Notes under the pieces: model-generated
Seen by the model: only the letters and a program-made list of their open reading frames with translations
Told to the model about the DNA's origin: nothing
The model's database searches: none
Shown here: piece by piece, positions 7,308 through 17,466 of the stretch
How positions within the stretch are numbered: the first letter of the stretch is position 1
How the letters are laid out: the number at the start of each line of letters is the position of its first letter
Position numbers and translations under genes: made by a program
Assembly (NCBI GenBank): GCA_033762115.1
Contig: JANRLX010000107.1
Location: forward strand, 10,662-74,661
Length of the DNA: 64,000 nt
Direction: 5' to 3'
From: Verrucomicrobiota bacterium
GTDB lineage: Bacteria > Verrucomicrobiota > Verrucomicrobiia > Limisphaerales > SXQI01

Positions 7308-9926
7308 ATGAAGTCCAGGTCTGAACGAACTGCAAAGCCATCTCAATCGGCCAGCGGTCCCGAATCCTCTGCGGGAAATCCGCAGTCTCCATCGGGCAAC
7401 GAGGCATTGCAGACCTCCAGGGAAAAAGTTCAATCAGCCAACGAGGAACTGCAGCGAAAGATCGAGGAAACAGACCAGGCAAACATTGAATTGCGGCGAG
7501 CCCATCAGGAGCGTGCCATCTATGTCGCGATCGTCGATTCATCAGATGACGCCATCATTAGCAAAACTTTGGACGGGATCGTGACAACATGGAACAAGGC
7601 AGCGGAAAAAATTTTCGGCTACTCAGCCGCAGAAATGGTGGGCCAATCAATCACCAGGATTTTTCCTGAGGACAGGCTTCATGAAGAAAGTTATGTGCTG
7701 AGCCAAATTCGCAATGGCCAAAAAATCGAACATTTTGAAACAGTTCGTCGCACCAGGGATGGAACATTATTGGATATCTCAGTGACGATTTCACCGGTCA
7801 AGGATGCATCCGGCCGTATTATTGGGGCTTCCAAAATCGCGCGCAACGTGACGGCTCAGAAGGCCGCCGCCCGCGCAGCACAGCTTTTGGCCTCCATTGT
7901 CGATTCTTCCGATGACGCGATTATTAGCAAACGACTCGATGGAATCATCACGAGCTGGAATAAAGCGGCCGAAAAAATATTCGGCTACACAGCGGAAGAA
8001 ATGATCGGGCAATCCATCACCCGGCTGTTCCCAATGGATCGCCTGCAAGAAGAGCCTCAAATTATCTCGCGTATTGGGCAGGGCCATCGCGTGGAGCATT
8101 TTGAGACCGTTCGCAAAACCAAGGACGGCAGAAATATCCATGTGTCCCTGACAATTTCGCCAGTAAAGGATGCAGAAGGCAGGATCATTGGAGCCTCGAA
8201 AATTGCGCGTGATATCTCAAGGCAAAAACAGGCTGAAGAGTCACTGCGGCGCAACGAGGAGCAACTGCGAACTATGGCTGATTCGATTCCTTTGCTTGCA
8301 TGGATGGCTGAAGCAAACGGAAATGTTTTCTGGTACAACCGTCGTTGGTACGAATATACAGGAACAACTTTTGAGCAAATGCAAGGATGGGGCTGGCAGG
8401 CTGTCCATGATCCCAGGATTTTGCCCTCCGTAAATGAACGATGGAACGAGTCGCTCCGGACGGGGACGCCCTTCGAAATGGAGTTTCCACTCCGTGGGGC
8501 GGACGGCGAGTTTCGCTGGTTTCTTACGCGTGTGAGTCCTATGAAGGATACGGAAGGACAGGTGATCCGATGGTTTGGGACAAACACAAACATTGATGAA
8601 GCGCGGAAAGCCCGCCAGGAACTTGAGGAAGAAACGCGCATCCTCGAATTGTTGAATGACACCGGGTCTGCCATTGCATCAGAACTGAATCTGGAGAAGC
8701 TTCTGCAACAGGTCACGGACGCAGGCACAAAATTGAGTGGCGCAAAATTTGGCGCTTTCTTTTATAATTCCGTTAACGAAAAGGGTGAGTCTTATCTGCT
8801 CTACACCTTGTCCGGCGCTCCTCGGGAAGCTTTTGAAAAGTTCGGCCTGCCACGCAACACACCCATCTTTCATCCCACATTTCGAGGCGATGGCATCGTG
8901 CGTCTGGATGACGTAACCAGGGATTCCCGTTATGGCACCATGGCTCCGCATCACGGCATGCCAAAAGGCCATCTTCCCGTCCGCAGCTATTTGGCCGCCC
9001 CCGTCATTTCGAGGTCTGGGGAGGTCATCGGTGGGCTTTTCTTTGGTCATCCTGAACCGGGTGTGTTCACCGAACGATCCGAACGGCTGATCGTGGGCAT
9101 TGCAGCGCAGGCAGCCGTGGCAATTGACAACGCCCGCCTTTTTGAAACCGCGCAACGCGAAATAGCACATCGCAGGGGAGTTGAACTTGCCCTGCAGAAA
9201 ACCAAAGAGGAGCTTGAAGATCGGGTGCAGGAGCGCACAGCATCATTGCGTGAAACCACAGAGCAACTCGAAACTTTTTGTTATTCCGTGGCGCATGACC
9301 TGCGATCTCCCCTCCGCACACAGCAGAGCTTTGCGCAGGCGCTGCTCGATAGTCACGACAAACAACTGGACGCGGAAGGCCGCGAATACGCCACACGCAT
9401 CCTTAGATCAGCCCAGCGGCTGGATCGGTTGGTCAATGACCTGCTCACCTATTCCCGTCTTAGCCGCACCGAACTTAAATTCGAAAATGTCCCACTGGAA
9501 AAAGTGGTGGCTGACGTGATGAGATTCCTGGCCGATGAAATTCAGCGGAGTGCCGGAGAGATTACAATCGGCACCCTTCACTCAGTCGTTGCTTTTGAGC
9601 CCACGCTTAATCTGATCATCACGAACCTCATTACAAATGCCCTGAAATTCGTGAAACCGGGAGAATCACCAAAAATTCACATTTGCAGCGAAAAGCGTGA
9701 CAACAAAGTCCGCCTTTGGATTGAGGATAATGGGATTGGCATCCGTCCGGAAGGGCTGAACAAAATTTTCGGTGTTTTCCAACGCCTTCATCCCGTTAAT
9801 AAATACCCTGGAACCGGCATCGGGCTGGCCATAGTTCAAAAGGGCGCCGAACGAATGGGCGGTAAAGCCGGCGTTGAATCAGAATCTGGTAAAGGAAGCC
9901 GTTTTTGGGTGGAACTTCCCGCCTGA
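7308..9926 (+). CDS. PAS-PAS-PAS-GAF sensor histidine kinase
   Basis: Two near-duplicate PAS domains (IVDSSDDAIISK), a third PAS, a GAF, H-box SVAHDLRSPL, N-box NLITNALKF, G-boxes DNGIG/GTGIGL. Confidence 0.93.
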   Translation: MKSRSERTAKPSQSASGPESSAGNPQSPSGNEALQTSREKVQSANEELQRKIEETDQANIELRRAHQERAIYVAIVDSSDDAIISKTLDGIVTTWNKAAEKIFGYSAAEMVGQSITRIFPEDRLHEESYVLSQIRNGQKIEHFETVRRTRDGTLLDISVTISPVKDASGRIIGASKIARNVTAQKAAARAAQLLASIVDSSDDAIISKRLDGIITSWNKAAEKIFGYTAEEMIGQSITRLFPMDRLQEEPQIISRIGQGHRVEHFETVRKTKDGRNIHVSLTISPVKDAEGRIIGASKIARDISRQKQAEESLRRNEEQLRTMADSIPLLAWMAEANGNVFWYNRRWYEYTGTTFEQMQGWGWQAVHDPRILPSVNERWNESLRTGTPFEMEFPLRGADGEFRWFLTRVSPMKDTEGQVIRWFGTNTNIDEARKARQELEEETRILELLNDTGSAIASELNLEKLLQQVTDAGTKLSGAKFGAFFYNSVNEKGESYLLYTLSGAPREAFEKFGLPRNTPIFHPTFRGDGIVRLDDVTRDSRYGTMAPHHGMPKGHLPVRSYLAAPVISRSGEVIGGLFFGHPEPGVFTERSERLIVGIAAQAAVAIDNARLFETAQREIAHRRGVELALQKTKEELEDRVQERTASLRETTEQLETFCYSVAHDLRSPLRTQQSFAQALLDSHDKQLDAEGREYATRILRSAQRLDRLVNDLLTYSRLSRTELKFENVPLEKVVADVMRFLADEIQRSAGEITIGTLHSVVAFEPTLNLIITNLITNALKFVKPGESPKIHICSEKRDNKVRLWIEDNGIGIRPEGLNKIFGVFQRLHPVNKYPGTGIGLAIVQKGAERMGGKAGVESESGKGSRFWVELPA

Positions 9927-9930
9927 TCGG

Positions 9931-10332
9931 TTAAGCCCACTTCCTTAAATAATCCATTACGTCATGAAGATCTGGTGACTTGATAAAATACCCGGTCACA
10001 CAAAGTTCGCTCGCTTTCTTCACATCTTTTGGGTCATCGGAGGAACTGAGGATCAAGCTTGGGACCTTGCCAAAACCTTCCTGCCCACGCAACCAATCCA
10101 GCACCTCAAAACCGCCTTTAATGGGCATTTTCAGATCAAGTATCAAAAGGTCAGGCAAAGGATACTTCTGGCGATCCATAAAACCATCCCTTCCTTCAAG
10201 CCATGCAATGACCTGTTCCCCATCATCCACCATATGCATCTGGTGGGACACGCCGGAACGGCGAAACATCATTTTAAAAATCAAGGCATCGTCCGGATTG
10301 TCTTCTGCAACCAATATATTTCTGACATTCAT
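9931..10332 (-). CDS. single-domain response regulator (Rcp1-like receiver)
   Basis: ILVAEDNPDD, LLILDLKMP, LSSS, YFIK. Confidence 0.9.
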   Translation of the reverse strand: MNVRNILVAEDNPDDALIFKMMFRRSGVSHQMHMVDDGEQVIAWLEGRDGFMDRQKYPLPDLLILDLKMPIKGGFEVLDWLRGQEGFGKVPSLILSSSDDPKDVKKASELCVTGYFIKSPDLHDVMDYLRKWA

Positions 10333-10637
10333 ACTTACCCATGGAACAGGAAGGCGTTCACCGCGGACCTGGGCGTGGGACAGGAAGGTTAACTCATTTT
10401 TTCACGACCGCAAAACTTCACATCGCTTTTAGAAGTTCCTCCAAACGCACATTTGTGCAATTGCTTGATCTCGTACCTGCCTTGACCACCTAGCCAGCGG
10501 CTCCCATTCAAACGAGCAGACTATCAAAAGCATGAAGTAGGATGCAAACCCACGTAAAACAATACGTGTGGCGAAGAAGCGTTGGATTCCTGATTTGCCG
10601 CAACGCTTATAGCAAACGCGATAGTGACACCACCCAC

Positions 10638-12167
10638 CTAAATTTCCTTCAGATGATTAATTGTCGGACCGTTCAACACACTGCCATATCCGTCATACCG
10701 CGATCCATGACAGGGACAATCCCAAGTTTTCTCAAGGTTATTCCAGCGGACCACGCATCCGAGGTGACGGCAGATGGCCGACCGCTCAGTCAACGCTCCG
10801 TTCTCATCGCGATAAGCGGCCACGATATGTCCTCCACGGCGGAGGATTGCGCCCTCTCCTCGCTTGATTTCATCGACTGACTTGACCTCCCCGGGCTTAA
10901 GCAAATCGCTATACTGGGCCGCAACATTGAGGTTCTCACGCGCATATTCCTTGACGGATTCTTTCGCGAACGTTTTACGGGCAGGATCATATAAGGTCTC
11001 CCACCGGTTTTCCCGGCCCGCGATCAAATCAGTCACCAACATCCCGCCAATCGTCCCATGCGTCATTCCATTCCCGGAGTCTCCTGTGATGACATACACT
11101 TTTCGACCGTGAACCGGATTTCGTCCAATCAATCCAAGTTTATCGACCGGTTCCATGACCTGCCCGGACCAGCGATAAAGAACTTCGCCAGCCATCGGGT
11201 AACGCTGCCGCGTCCAATCAATCAAATTCTGGAATGGCTTCTCATCTGCGTCCGGTTGCCCGGTTTTGTGATCCTCTCCGCCCACAATCAGGATATCACT
11301 TTCACCACTGGAGGCGCTGCTGAGATCAAGCCGAACGTAATGATACGGCATGTCATTGTCCCAAAGTAAAATTGCTTTAAGGCTTCCACGAGGAACTTTT
11401 AACCCCACAACATACGTCCGATAAGCGGCCTGTTTATTGTGAATCACTAACCGATCATTCACAGGCGTATTGGTTGCCATCACCACCTCATCCGCGATGA
11501 CCGTTCGTCCGCCTGTAGTGATAATGCGCAAGGGTGTCTCTTCATGCAGATCACAGACATGTGCTTCAGAATAAATGGACCCTCCCAGCTTAAGTATGTT
11601 TTCGGCCAGGCCGCGAAGATATTTAAATGGATGGAATTGAGCCTGCCTCGGGAATCGCAATGCCCTGCCGGTATCAAATGGCACTGGCGCTTTTTCAACA
11701 AGTTCCACCGGCAATCCGGCGCGTTGTGCGGCCTCAAATTCGCGATCAATGTTCCTGGGATCACCCCCCGGGGGCTCAAATAGAAACCCATCCACCCGCT
11801 TAAAATCGCATTCGATATGATACTTGGTGACAATCTCCTCAATCTTGTCGATGGCCGCACTGTGGCTTTGGGCAGCCAGGCGAATGCCGTCTATTCCATG
11901 CATGCTTTCCAAATCGTAATATCGGTCATCAAGGGCATTGACAATATGCGCAGTGGTCCTCCCCGTTTCGCCGCCTCCAATCGGGCCGTCATCCAGCACG
12001 ACTACTTGATGACCTTCCTCCGCCAGTAAAAGAGCAGTGGTTAAACCGGAAATACCAGCGCCTATGATGCATATCTCCGTGCGCAAATCCGAGTGCAGCG
12101 GAGTTGGAACCGCCATCCTGGTTGATTCCCACCATACAGACACTGTTTTTCCCGAATCCAACTTCAT
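10638..12167 (-). CDS. FAD-dependent oxidoreductase with C-terminal Rieske domain (YhfW-like)
   Basis: [25 protein letters not shown]...[10 protein letters not shown]. Confidence 0.92.
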   Translation of the reverse strand: MKLDSGKTVSVWWESTRMAVPTPLHSDLRTEICIIGAGISGLTTALLLAEEGHQVVVLDDGPIGGGETGRTTAHIVNALDDRYYDLESMHGIDGIRLAAQSHSAAIDKIEEIVTKYHIECDFKRVDGFLFEPPGGDPRNIDREFEAAQRAGLPVELVEKAPVPFDTGRALRFPRQAQFHPFKYLRGLAENILKLGGSIYSEAHVCDLHEETPLRIITTGGRTVIADEVVMATNTPVNDRLVIHNKQAAYRTYVVGLKVPRGSLKAILLWDNDMPYHYVRLDLSSASSGESDILIVGGEDHKTGQPDADEKPFQNLIDWTRQRYPMAGEVLYRWSGQVMEPVDKLGLIGRNPVHGRKVYVITGDSGNGMTHGTIGGMLVTDLIAGRENRWETLYDPARKTFAKESVKEYARENLNVAAQYSDLLKPGEVKSVDEIKRGEGAILRRGGHIVAAYRDENGALTERSAICRHLGCVVRWNNLEKTWDCPCHGSRYDGYGSVLNGPTINHLKEI

Positions 12168-12385
12168 AATCTATCCCTTCAACCAAACTAAACCTCCTTC
12201 GTTCACTTTACAATTGGGTCATCCTTCACCCTAGTCTTTTGAAGTTCATAGATCGAATCAGATCCTGGCTGTGGATGACTTGTAGAAACAAATATGAACA
12301 TGGGGCCAAGGAGAATTTGGTGGGAATTAACAACGCCGAAAATGGGTAATTCTTTCATGAGCAGGTACTTATTGAATCATGGCTG

Positions 12386-12442
12386 TGGGAGATGGGTGGG
12401 AACTGTCTGGGACGGGTTGGGAGGAAGTGGGAACAAGTGGGA
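12386..12442 (+). repeat. six phased TGGGA pentamers (10-11 bp period)
   Basis: TGGGA at 12386, 12397, 12408, 12418, 12428, 12438 in an intergenic region. Confidence 0.8.
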
Positions 12443-12993
12443 ATTCCAAGCCTTTCCCAGTGTGGCTGGGGCCTTGTCCGGGCTGTTTCGCAGGGTCTGT
12501 GCCATGGAGCGATGGATCTCGGTGAGATGACATGGTCGTGAAGCATGTTTCGGTAAATGCTTAAATATGGTCATAGGTTACAGGGGTTGGTTGGGCATAC
12601 TGGATGTCTTTCATTATTTATGACCGGCACTGTTCCGGGTCGAGGCATGGAGGTAGCGTGAACCATGGGTGGTCTTTTGTTGTATTGGGGGCTTTGCCGG
12701 GGCGTCGAGTGGGCGGACCGGAAAAGTCACCGGGTTTCAGTTGCTGATTATTTGGTCAATCGGTCATAATTTTTCCTGACATGGATGAGAGCTTAGAGCC
12801 TCGTTTGAATGCTGTCAATTAAAACAGTATTGGGTTTGTGTGGCACGCTTTAACAGTGAGATCAAACGTTTACATTAATCAGATTCAAGCGTGTGCGCGT
12901 CAGTTCGGATGCTGATGTGAAGCTGTGGTAGAACAGAACGATTGATAGTCTCTGTCTGTTTGTCCGGTTTTTGCGGAGTGCGGCAGATATATT

Positions 12994-14595
12994 GTGTCAA
13001 TGAACGACAGACTCAGTGATGGCGCGCTCGTCTGCTCCTACGTCAAGGAGGGGGCGGAACCCGCCTTTCGTTCTCTGGTTGGAAGGCATGTGGACCTGGT
13101 TTTTGCGACGGCGTTGCGACAGGTGGGGGACCGTGGAATGGCTGAAGAGATCACCCAGAATGTGTTTGTGACACTGTCTCGAAAGGCTCCAAGATTGGCA
13201 GGGTACGAGACTCTTGCGGGGTGGCTGCACAAAACAACATTGTTTGAAGCCCGCGCACGAATCCGTAGCGAATTGCGCCGAAAGCACCGGGAACGGACCG
13301 CAGCTGAAATTCATGCCCTTGCTGAAGGACATTCTCCATTGGAAGCGTTGGTGCCGATTTTGGATGAAGCACTCCTTTCCCTGCGTGAAAACGACCGGAC
13401 TGCTGTCATCAGCAGGTTTTTCGAGAAAAAGAGCCTGCGGGAGGTCGGGGCGGAGCTGGGGGTGGATGAAGATGCGGCGCGCAAAAGAGTTTCCCGGGCG
13501 TTGGAACGGTTGACGGCGTTCTTCCGCACGAGAGGATTCGCGGTCCCGGCGGGGAGTGGTCTTGCAGCGGTGTTTGATGCGGGGGCGCAGGCAGCTCCCG
13601 CCATGCTTGCGAGCAGCGTGGCACAATGTGGCATCGGAGCCGGGGCAGCGTCAGGGCTCAAGCTTCTAGCATTCAATCTTATGGTGATGTCCAAAGTAAA
13701 GACAGCGGTGCTATGCGCGGCTGTGTTCTCGGTCCCAATATTGTTGCAGATGAAGGCGGGGTTGGATCTCTCGGGGAAGCGCACGGATTTGCTTGCCCAG
13801 ATCGGGCAGCAACAGCAAGTCCTCGCGGAGTTAACGCAGGAACGGGATGAGATGCGGCAGGCGTTCGTGCGCGTGCGGAATGACCGGACACTGGCGGAAG
13901 CACGTGCTGATGAATTCCGGCTGCGGAAACAAAGGGGAGAAGTGCAGCAATATGAATGGAGTGACGAGCGTCCAGTTGTCCGCATGCCCAAAGAGTACCT
14001 GAAATATTTGAACCTTTCGGCGTTTACAAACGTCACGGGAAAGATCAGCAGGCCAATGATTGAATTGCTGCAACTGAATGAAGATGAAACGGCACAATTA
14101 CAAGAGGCGACGGATTCGCTCCTGGTTTCATTTCAGGCGGTGCAAGCGCGTTCAATGACTTACGAAGCGCCGATAGCGGGAGATACGATCAAAAATCCGG
14201 CTGCTGAAGAACGAATTTTCAAGTTCGCGGATGTGAGGGAGGAGTATCAAAAGCTCAGGGGCGAATATTTAAGGGCGGCTGAAGAGTTGCTGGGGCAAGA
14301 GCGGTTTGAGGTGTTCCGAAAGGGGCTGGCAGATTGGCTGCCCCTTGACCCGGAGTCCAGAGACAGCCGGTCCAGTGACTCGCTCGCGGCGGTCGCGCAT
14401 TCGATCACATGCAAAGCGCCGGACCCTGAACAGGGATGGCGCCTTTGGTGGCAGATACAGTTCGAGGAAGGCTCGATGTCGCTCTGGAGGGAGCCGGAGG
14501 AGGTGCCAGCAATGATGGCCCATTACCTGCAGGACTGGATCATGCTGGCGCTCCAGAAGCGAAGTGAAACGGCTTCAACCGAGGCATTTCGATGA
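12994..14595 (+). CDS. ECF sigma factor with long C-terminal extension (TM helix, coiled coil, extracytoplasmic domain)
   Basis: AFRSLVGRHVDLVFATALRQVGD, AEEITQNVF, SLREVGAELGVDEDAARKRVSRALERL, then Ala-rich linker and hydrophobic segment; start GTG 12994 or ATG 13000. Confidence 0.88.
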   Translation: MSMNDRLSDGALVCSYVKEGAEPAFRSLVGRHVDLVFATALRQVGDRGMAEEITQNVFVTLSRKAPRLAGYETLAGWLHKTTLFEARARIRSELRRKHRERTAAEIHALAEGHSPLEALVPILDEALLSLRENDRTAVISRFFEKKSLREVGAELGVDEDAARKRVSRALERLTAFFRTRGFAVPAGSGLAAVFDAGAQAAPAMLASSVAQCGIGAGAASGLKLLAFNLMVMSKVKTAVLCAAVFSVPILLQMKAGLDLSGKRTDLLAQIGQQQQVLAELTQERDEMRQAFVRVRNDRTLAEARADEFRLRKQRGEVQQYEWSDERPVVRMPKEYLKYLNLSAFTNVTGKISRPMIELLQLNEDETAQLQEATDSLLVSFQAVQARSMTYEAPIAGDTIKNPAAEERIFKFADVREEYQKLRGEYLRAAEELLGQERFEVFRKGLADWLPLDPESRDSRSSDSLAAVAHSITCKAPDPEQGWRLWWQIQFEEGSMSLWREPEEVPAMMAHYLQDWIMLALQKRSETASTEAFR

Positions 14596-15464
14596 GATCG
14601 CGTGCAATTTTCACTTTTGTCCTCCTTGCCGCGGGATTGTGGATGATTTTGCACCAGTATTCGCGTGTGACCAGGAGCCGGGCTGAATTGAAAAAGATGA
14701 CGGCTGAAATTTCAGCGTTGGAAAGTGAAGGCAGCCGATTGCGAGTCGAGATCAACTCTCTCCAGGAGGAGCTTCGACGAGAGAGCATCGCGGCGGAATT
14801 TGCCCGGGCGGCTGAATCGAACGCGAAGGTCGAGTTCGTCGCCATGTCTTCAGAATCACAATGGGCTGAACCCCCGGAAGCATTGCCGGAGTGGAACCCA
14901 GCCTCACCGTTCGTGTGGGTGTCCAAGGGCATTTTGGCCCAAATCCCGATGGAGCCGTTCTCGAAGAACGGGGAACTGAATCGAGGAGTCGCGGAAGTGT
15001 TGGGGATCAACTCAGAGACCAGGAGGGAGCTGGATCAGTTTATGGCTGCAGAACTGGAGCGGTTCAGGAACCTGGAGCTGACAAATGTGTTTTTAAGTAC
15101 GAACCATTTGCCGGGAGTGAATGAAATCGAAGGCAGGAAAATGACAATCGAACTGCGGCCCCCTGTGGAGGCCGGGGCACAGTTCAGCGAGCGGCTGACG
15201 GCATTGATGGCGAGCAAACTCGGACCACAGCGGGCAGGAATCCTGATGGAGCAAGGAAAGCAATGGTTTGCAAAGAGTGTCTCTACTTTCGAACCGAAGG
15301 TGATTTCCGTCGGATGGCACCCAAACAAAGGCTATAGGTTTGCCATCAAGGGTGCGGGTACATGGAAGTCGTTCGGCGGGCTTTCAGGTTTGCAGGGACA
15401 TCTTCCAGACCATCTGTTGCCGTTCTTTGCTGATCTGGCAGAGGTCCAGCCGGAGAACGAGTAG
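14592..15464 (+). CDS. membrane-anchored hypothetical protein, paralogous to the C-terminal extension of the upstream sigma
   Basis: N-terminal TM plus coiled coil; ATGA coupling; collinear motifs shared with 12994..14595. Confidence 0.75.
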   Translation: MRSRAIFTFVLLAAGLWMILHQYSRVTRSRAELKKMTAEISALESEGSRLRVEINSLQEELRRESIAAEFARAAESNAKVEFVAMSSESQWAEPPEALPEWNPASPFVWVSKGILAQIPMEPFSKNGELNRGVAEVLGINSETRRELDQFMAAELERFRNLELTNVFLSTNHLPGVNEIEGRKMTIELRPPVEAGAQFSERLTALMASKLGPQRAGILMEQGKQWFAKSVSTFEPKVISVGWHPNKGYRFAIKGAGTWKSFGGLSGLQGHLPDHLLPFFADLAEVQPENE

Positions 15465-15585
15465 GCACGGTGGATTGGGGGAAATCAGAACTCGATTGTG
15501 AGATAGGCATCCTCGATATGCCTGCCCTTCGCCCGTGTCAGAGCTGATGACTGTCCATTGTTTGTGAGTTCCCGGTCCCAAAGTA

Positions 15586-15605
15586 TGGTATAATAATCCA
15601 GGAGG
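15586..15605 (+). promoter_or_regulatory. extended -10 promoter (TGgTATAAT) and AGGAGG RBS for ppa
   Basis: TG-G-TATAAT at 15586-15594, AGGAGG at 15600-15605, ATG at 15610. Confidence 0.6.
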
Positions 15606-15609
15606 TTAC

Positions 15610-16176
15610 ATGGGTTTGGAATCCGCGATTATGAATTTGCCCCCCTTTGATGAGGCGAGAGGGATGTTGAATGTCATCATTGAAACTCCGAAAGGATGTC
15701 GCAACAAGTACAACTACGATTCTGACCTCAAGCTCTTTCGCTTGAAAAAGGTGTTACCTGCCGGTGCTGTCTTCCCCTTTGATTTTGGCTTTGTCCCTTC
15801 CACTCTGGGGGATGATGGGGATCCGCTGGATGTGCTGCTTTTGATGGAGGAGCCCGCGTTTCCAGGCTGTCTGGTCAGGGCGCAACTCATTGGGGCACTT
15901 CAGGCGAAGCAAACCCAAAACGGACGAACCGAGAGGAATGACCGCTTGATTGCCACGGCTGAAAAAATGCAAAGCTTTTGCCACATCTCCACCTTAACAG
16001 GCTTGAATCCTGACTTGTTGGAGCAAATTGAGCATTTTTTTGTTTCCTACAATACCGTTGCAGGAAAAACCTTCAAAGTGCTTAGAAGATCAGGCCCGGA
16101 AGTGGCAAAGGAATTGGTTTTACACGGTCAGCGACGCTTTCTGGCTGCAAAAGAGCAAAAGATTTCAGAGGAATGA
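15610..16176 (+). CDS. ppa: family I inorganic pyrophosphatase
   Basis: IIETPKG..NKY, FPFDFGFVPSTLGDDGDPLDV, IEHFFVSY. Confidence 0.92.
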   Translation: MGLESAIMNLPPFDEARGMLNVIIETPKGCRNKYNYDSDLKLFRLKKVLPAGAVFPFDFGFVPSTLGDDGDPLDVLLLMEEPAFPGCLVRAQLIGALQAKQTQNGRTERNDRLIATAEKMQSFCHISTLTGLNPDLLEQIEHFFVSYNTVAGKTFKVLRRSGPEVAKELVLHGQRRFLAAKEQKISEE

Positions 16177-16197
16177 TCATCCAGCGATTCTTGAAAC

Positions 16198-16230
16198 AAA
16201 AAAGCCGCCATGGATTCCCACGGCGGCTTT
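16198..16230. terminator. intrinsic terminator between convergent ppa and the PEP-CTERM gene
   Basis: AAAAAAGCCGCC-atggattcccac-GGCGGCTTT hairpin with A/T tails. Confidence 0.8.
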
Positions 16231-16248
16231 CGTAAAATTGAGAATTGA

Positions 16249-17049
16249 TTAAACTTTGCGCTTGCGGCGGAGAATGTCCAAACCAACGAGGCCTGCCCCC
16301 AGGATCATTGCGTAATGCTGCACTTCCGGCACAGGAACTTGTTGGAAATCAGTCCTAAAAACCTGCTGCTCAAGGTCTTCAGTGGTGATCACCAGACGTT
16401 GAACGGAACTGCCCACCGCGCCTGCCATGATGTATTCCCCACAGAGAAGCCCATTACCGTTGTAATAGGTCTCAGCTGTTGGGACACTGCCCCCAACCGA
16501 GAACCAGCCGCCTGCATTAAGAGCGATATCCTCAATCGCATTCGCATTCAGCTGGATCGTTTGCAGGCTGTTTGCTGCGGCAGTCTTGAAAATTTCCACA
16601 CTCCCATAAACATCGCCCCCGACCAAATCCCCGTAAATTCCTGCATTGGCAGAGTTATTGTTGTTCAGGGTCAAATAGGGTGTCGAAACATCATGCAGCT
16701 GGAAAATTTCGCTCGAGTCAGGTGAACCATAAGCTAATGTGGTGAGCTCGATACGTGCCGAGGTAATCTGTTTTCCGGCAAGGTTCAGTCCGCTGAGATT
16801 GAAGGTGAAAAAATTGGCAATTGAATGCACAACTCTTTTTCCCGCTTCAGTTTCGGCATAAAGACCAGCAATGACTCCCTGATTGCTGTCACTGTTTCCG
16901 CGTGTGGGAGACCAATACCCCTGGTTCCGAACCCCTGCGTCGATCATGAAATCCGACGTGGTTGTGGAAAAGGTGTACTCTGCCGCGCTTGAGGTCACAA
17001 AACCTGAGAGGCCAAGCAGCACGCCGCTCAAGATCAAGGTTTTTTTCAT
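16249..17049 (-). CDS. PEP-CTERM-type surface protein
   Basis: Signal peptide MKKTLILSGVLLGLSG; Ser/Thr/Asn/Gly-rich body; C-term VPVPEVQHYAMILGAGLVGLDILRRKRKV. Confidence 0.82.
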   Translation of the reverse strand: MKKTLILSGVLLGLSGFVTSSAAEYTFSTTTSDFMIDAGVRNQGYWSPTRGNSDSNQGVIAGLYAETEAGKRVVHSIANFFTFNLSGLNLAGKQITSARIELTTLAYGSPDSSEIFQLHDVSTPYLTLNNNNSANAGIYGDLVGGDVYGSVEIFKTAAANSLQTIQLNANAIEDIALNAGGWFSVGGSVPTAETYYNGNGLLCGEYIMAGAVGSSVQRLVITTEDLEQQVFRTDFQQVPVPEVQHYAMILGAGLVGLDILRRKRKV

Positions 17050-17175
17050 GGTAATTACGTCATTTACAAAAAGAAAAGACACCGGTCGCGTTTTTGCGTC
17101 TTCACCGCTGGTGTGGCAGTTACCAGCAGTTCCGAAAGTGTCCTGATATTTTCTTTTTTGCACACTTAGCAGACA

Positions 17176-17190
17176 GCACTTAGCTTGCCA
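17176..17190 (-). promoter_or_regulatory. sigma54-type -24/-12 promoter for the PEP-CTERM gene
   Basis: TGGCAAGCTAAGTGC on the minus strand, GG-N10-GC spacing. Confidence 0.55.
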
Positions 17191-17466
17191 AGCTTTTAAT
17201 TCTCACATTCGATAATCAAAATGGGTTTGATCCTCATTCCGATTATTATTCGTAAGTTCTTGCGGCAAAGCTGTTCAGTGACCTGCCAAAGCGCATTCCT
17301 TGATTCCATCGGCAAAATACAGTTTTTCTTAAATCTGATAGCCAGAAGCATCCACAGGCAGATCTGCGAAGATGCAACAACGATCAGGGCCTGAAATCCA
17401 GACCTTCGGTGGGGTCACCTGAATAATCTTTAACGCTGCCAATAATTTGCTACTTTGGGCCACCCC

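Noticed and set aside
7520..8220. Nucleotide-level repeat inside the PAS kinase
   Set aside because: Ordinary tandem PAS domain duplication, not an array or mobile element.
12294..12574. Short ORFs over the TGGGA tract
   Set aside because: Trp/Gly- or Pro-biased translations reflect the DNA repeat; no start signals or family motifs.
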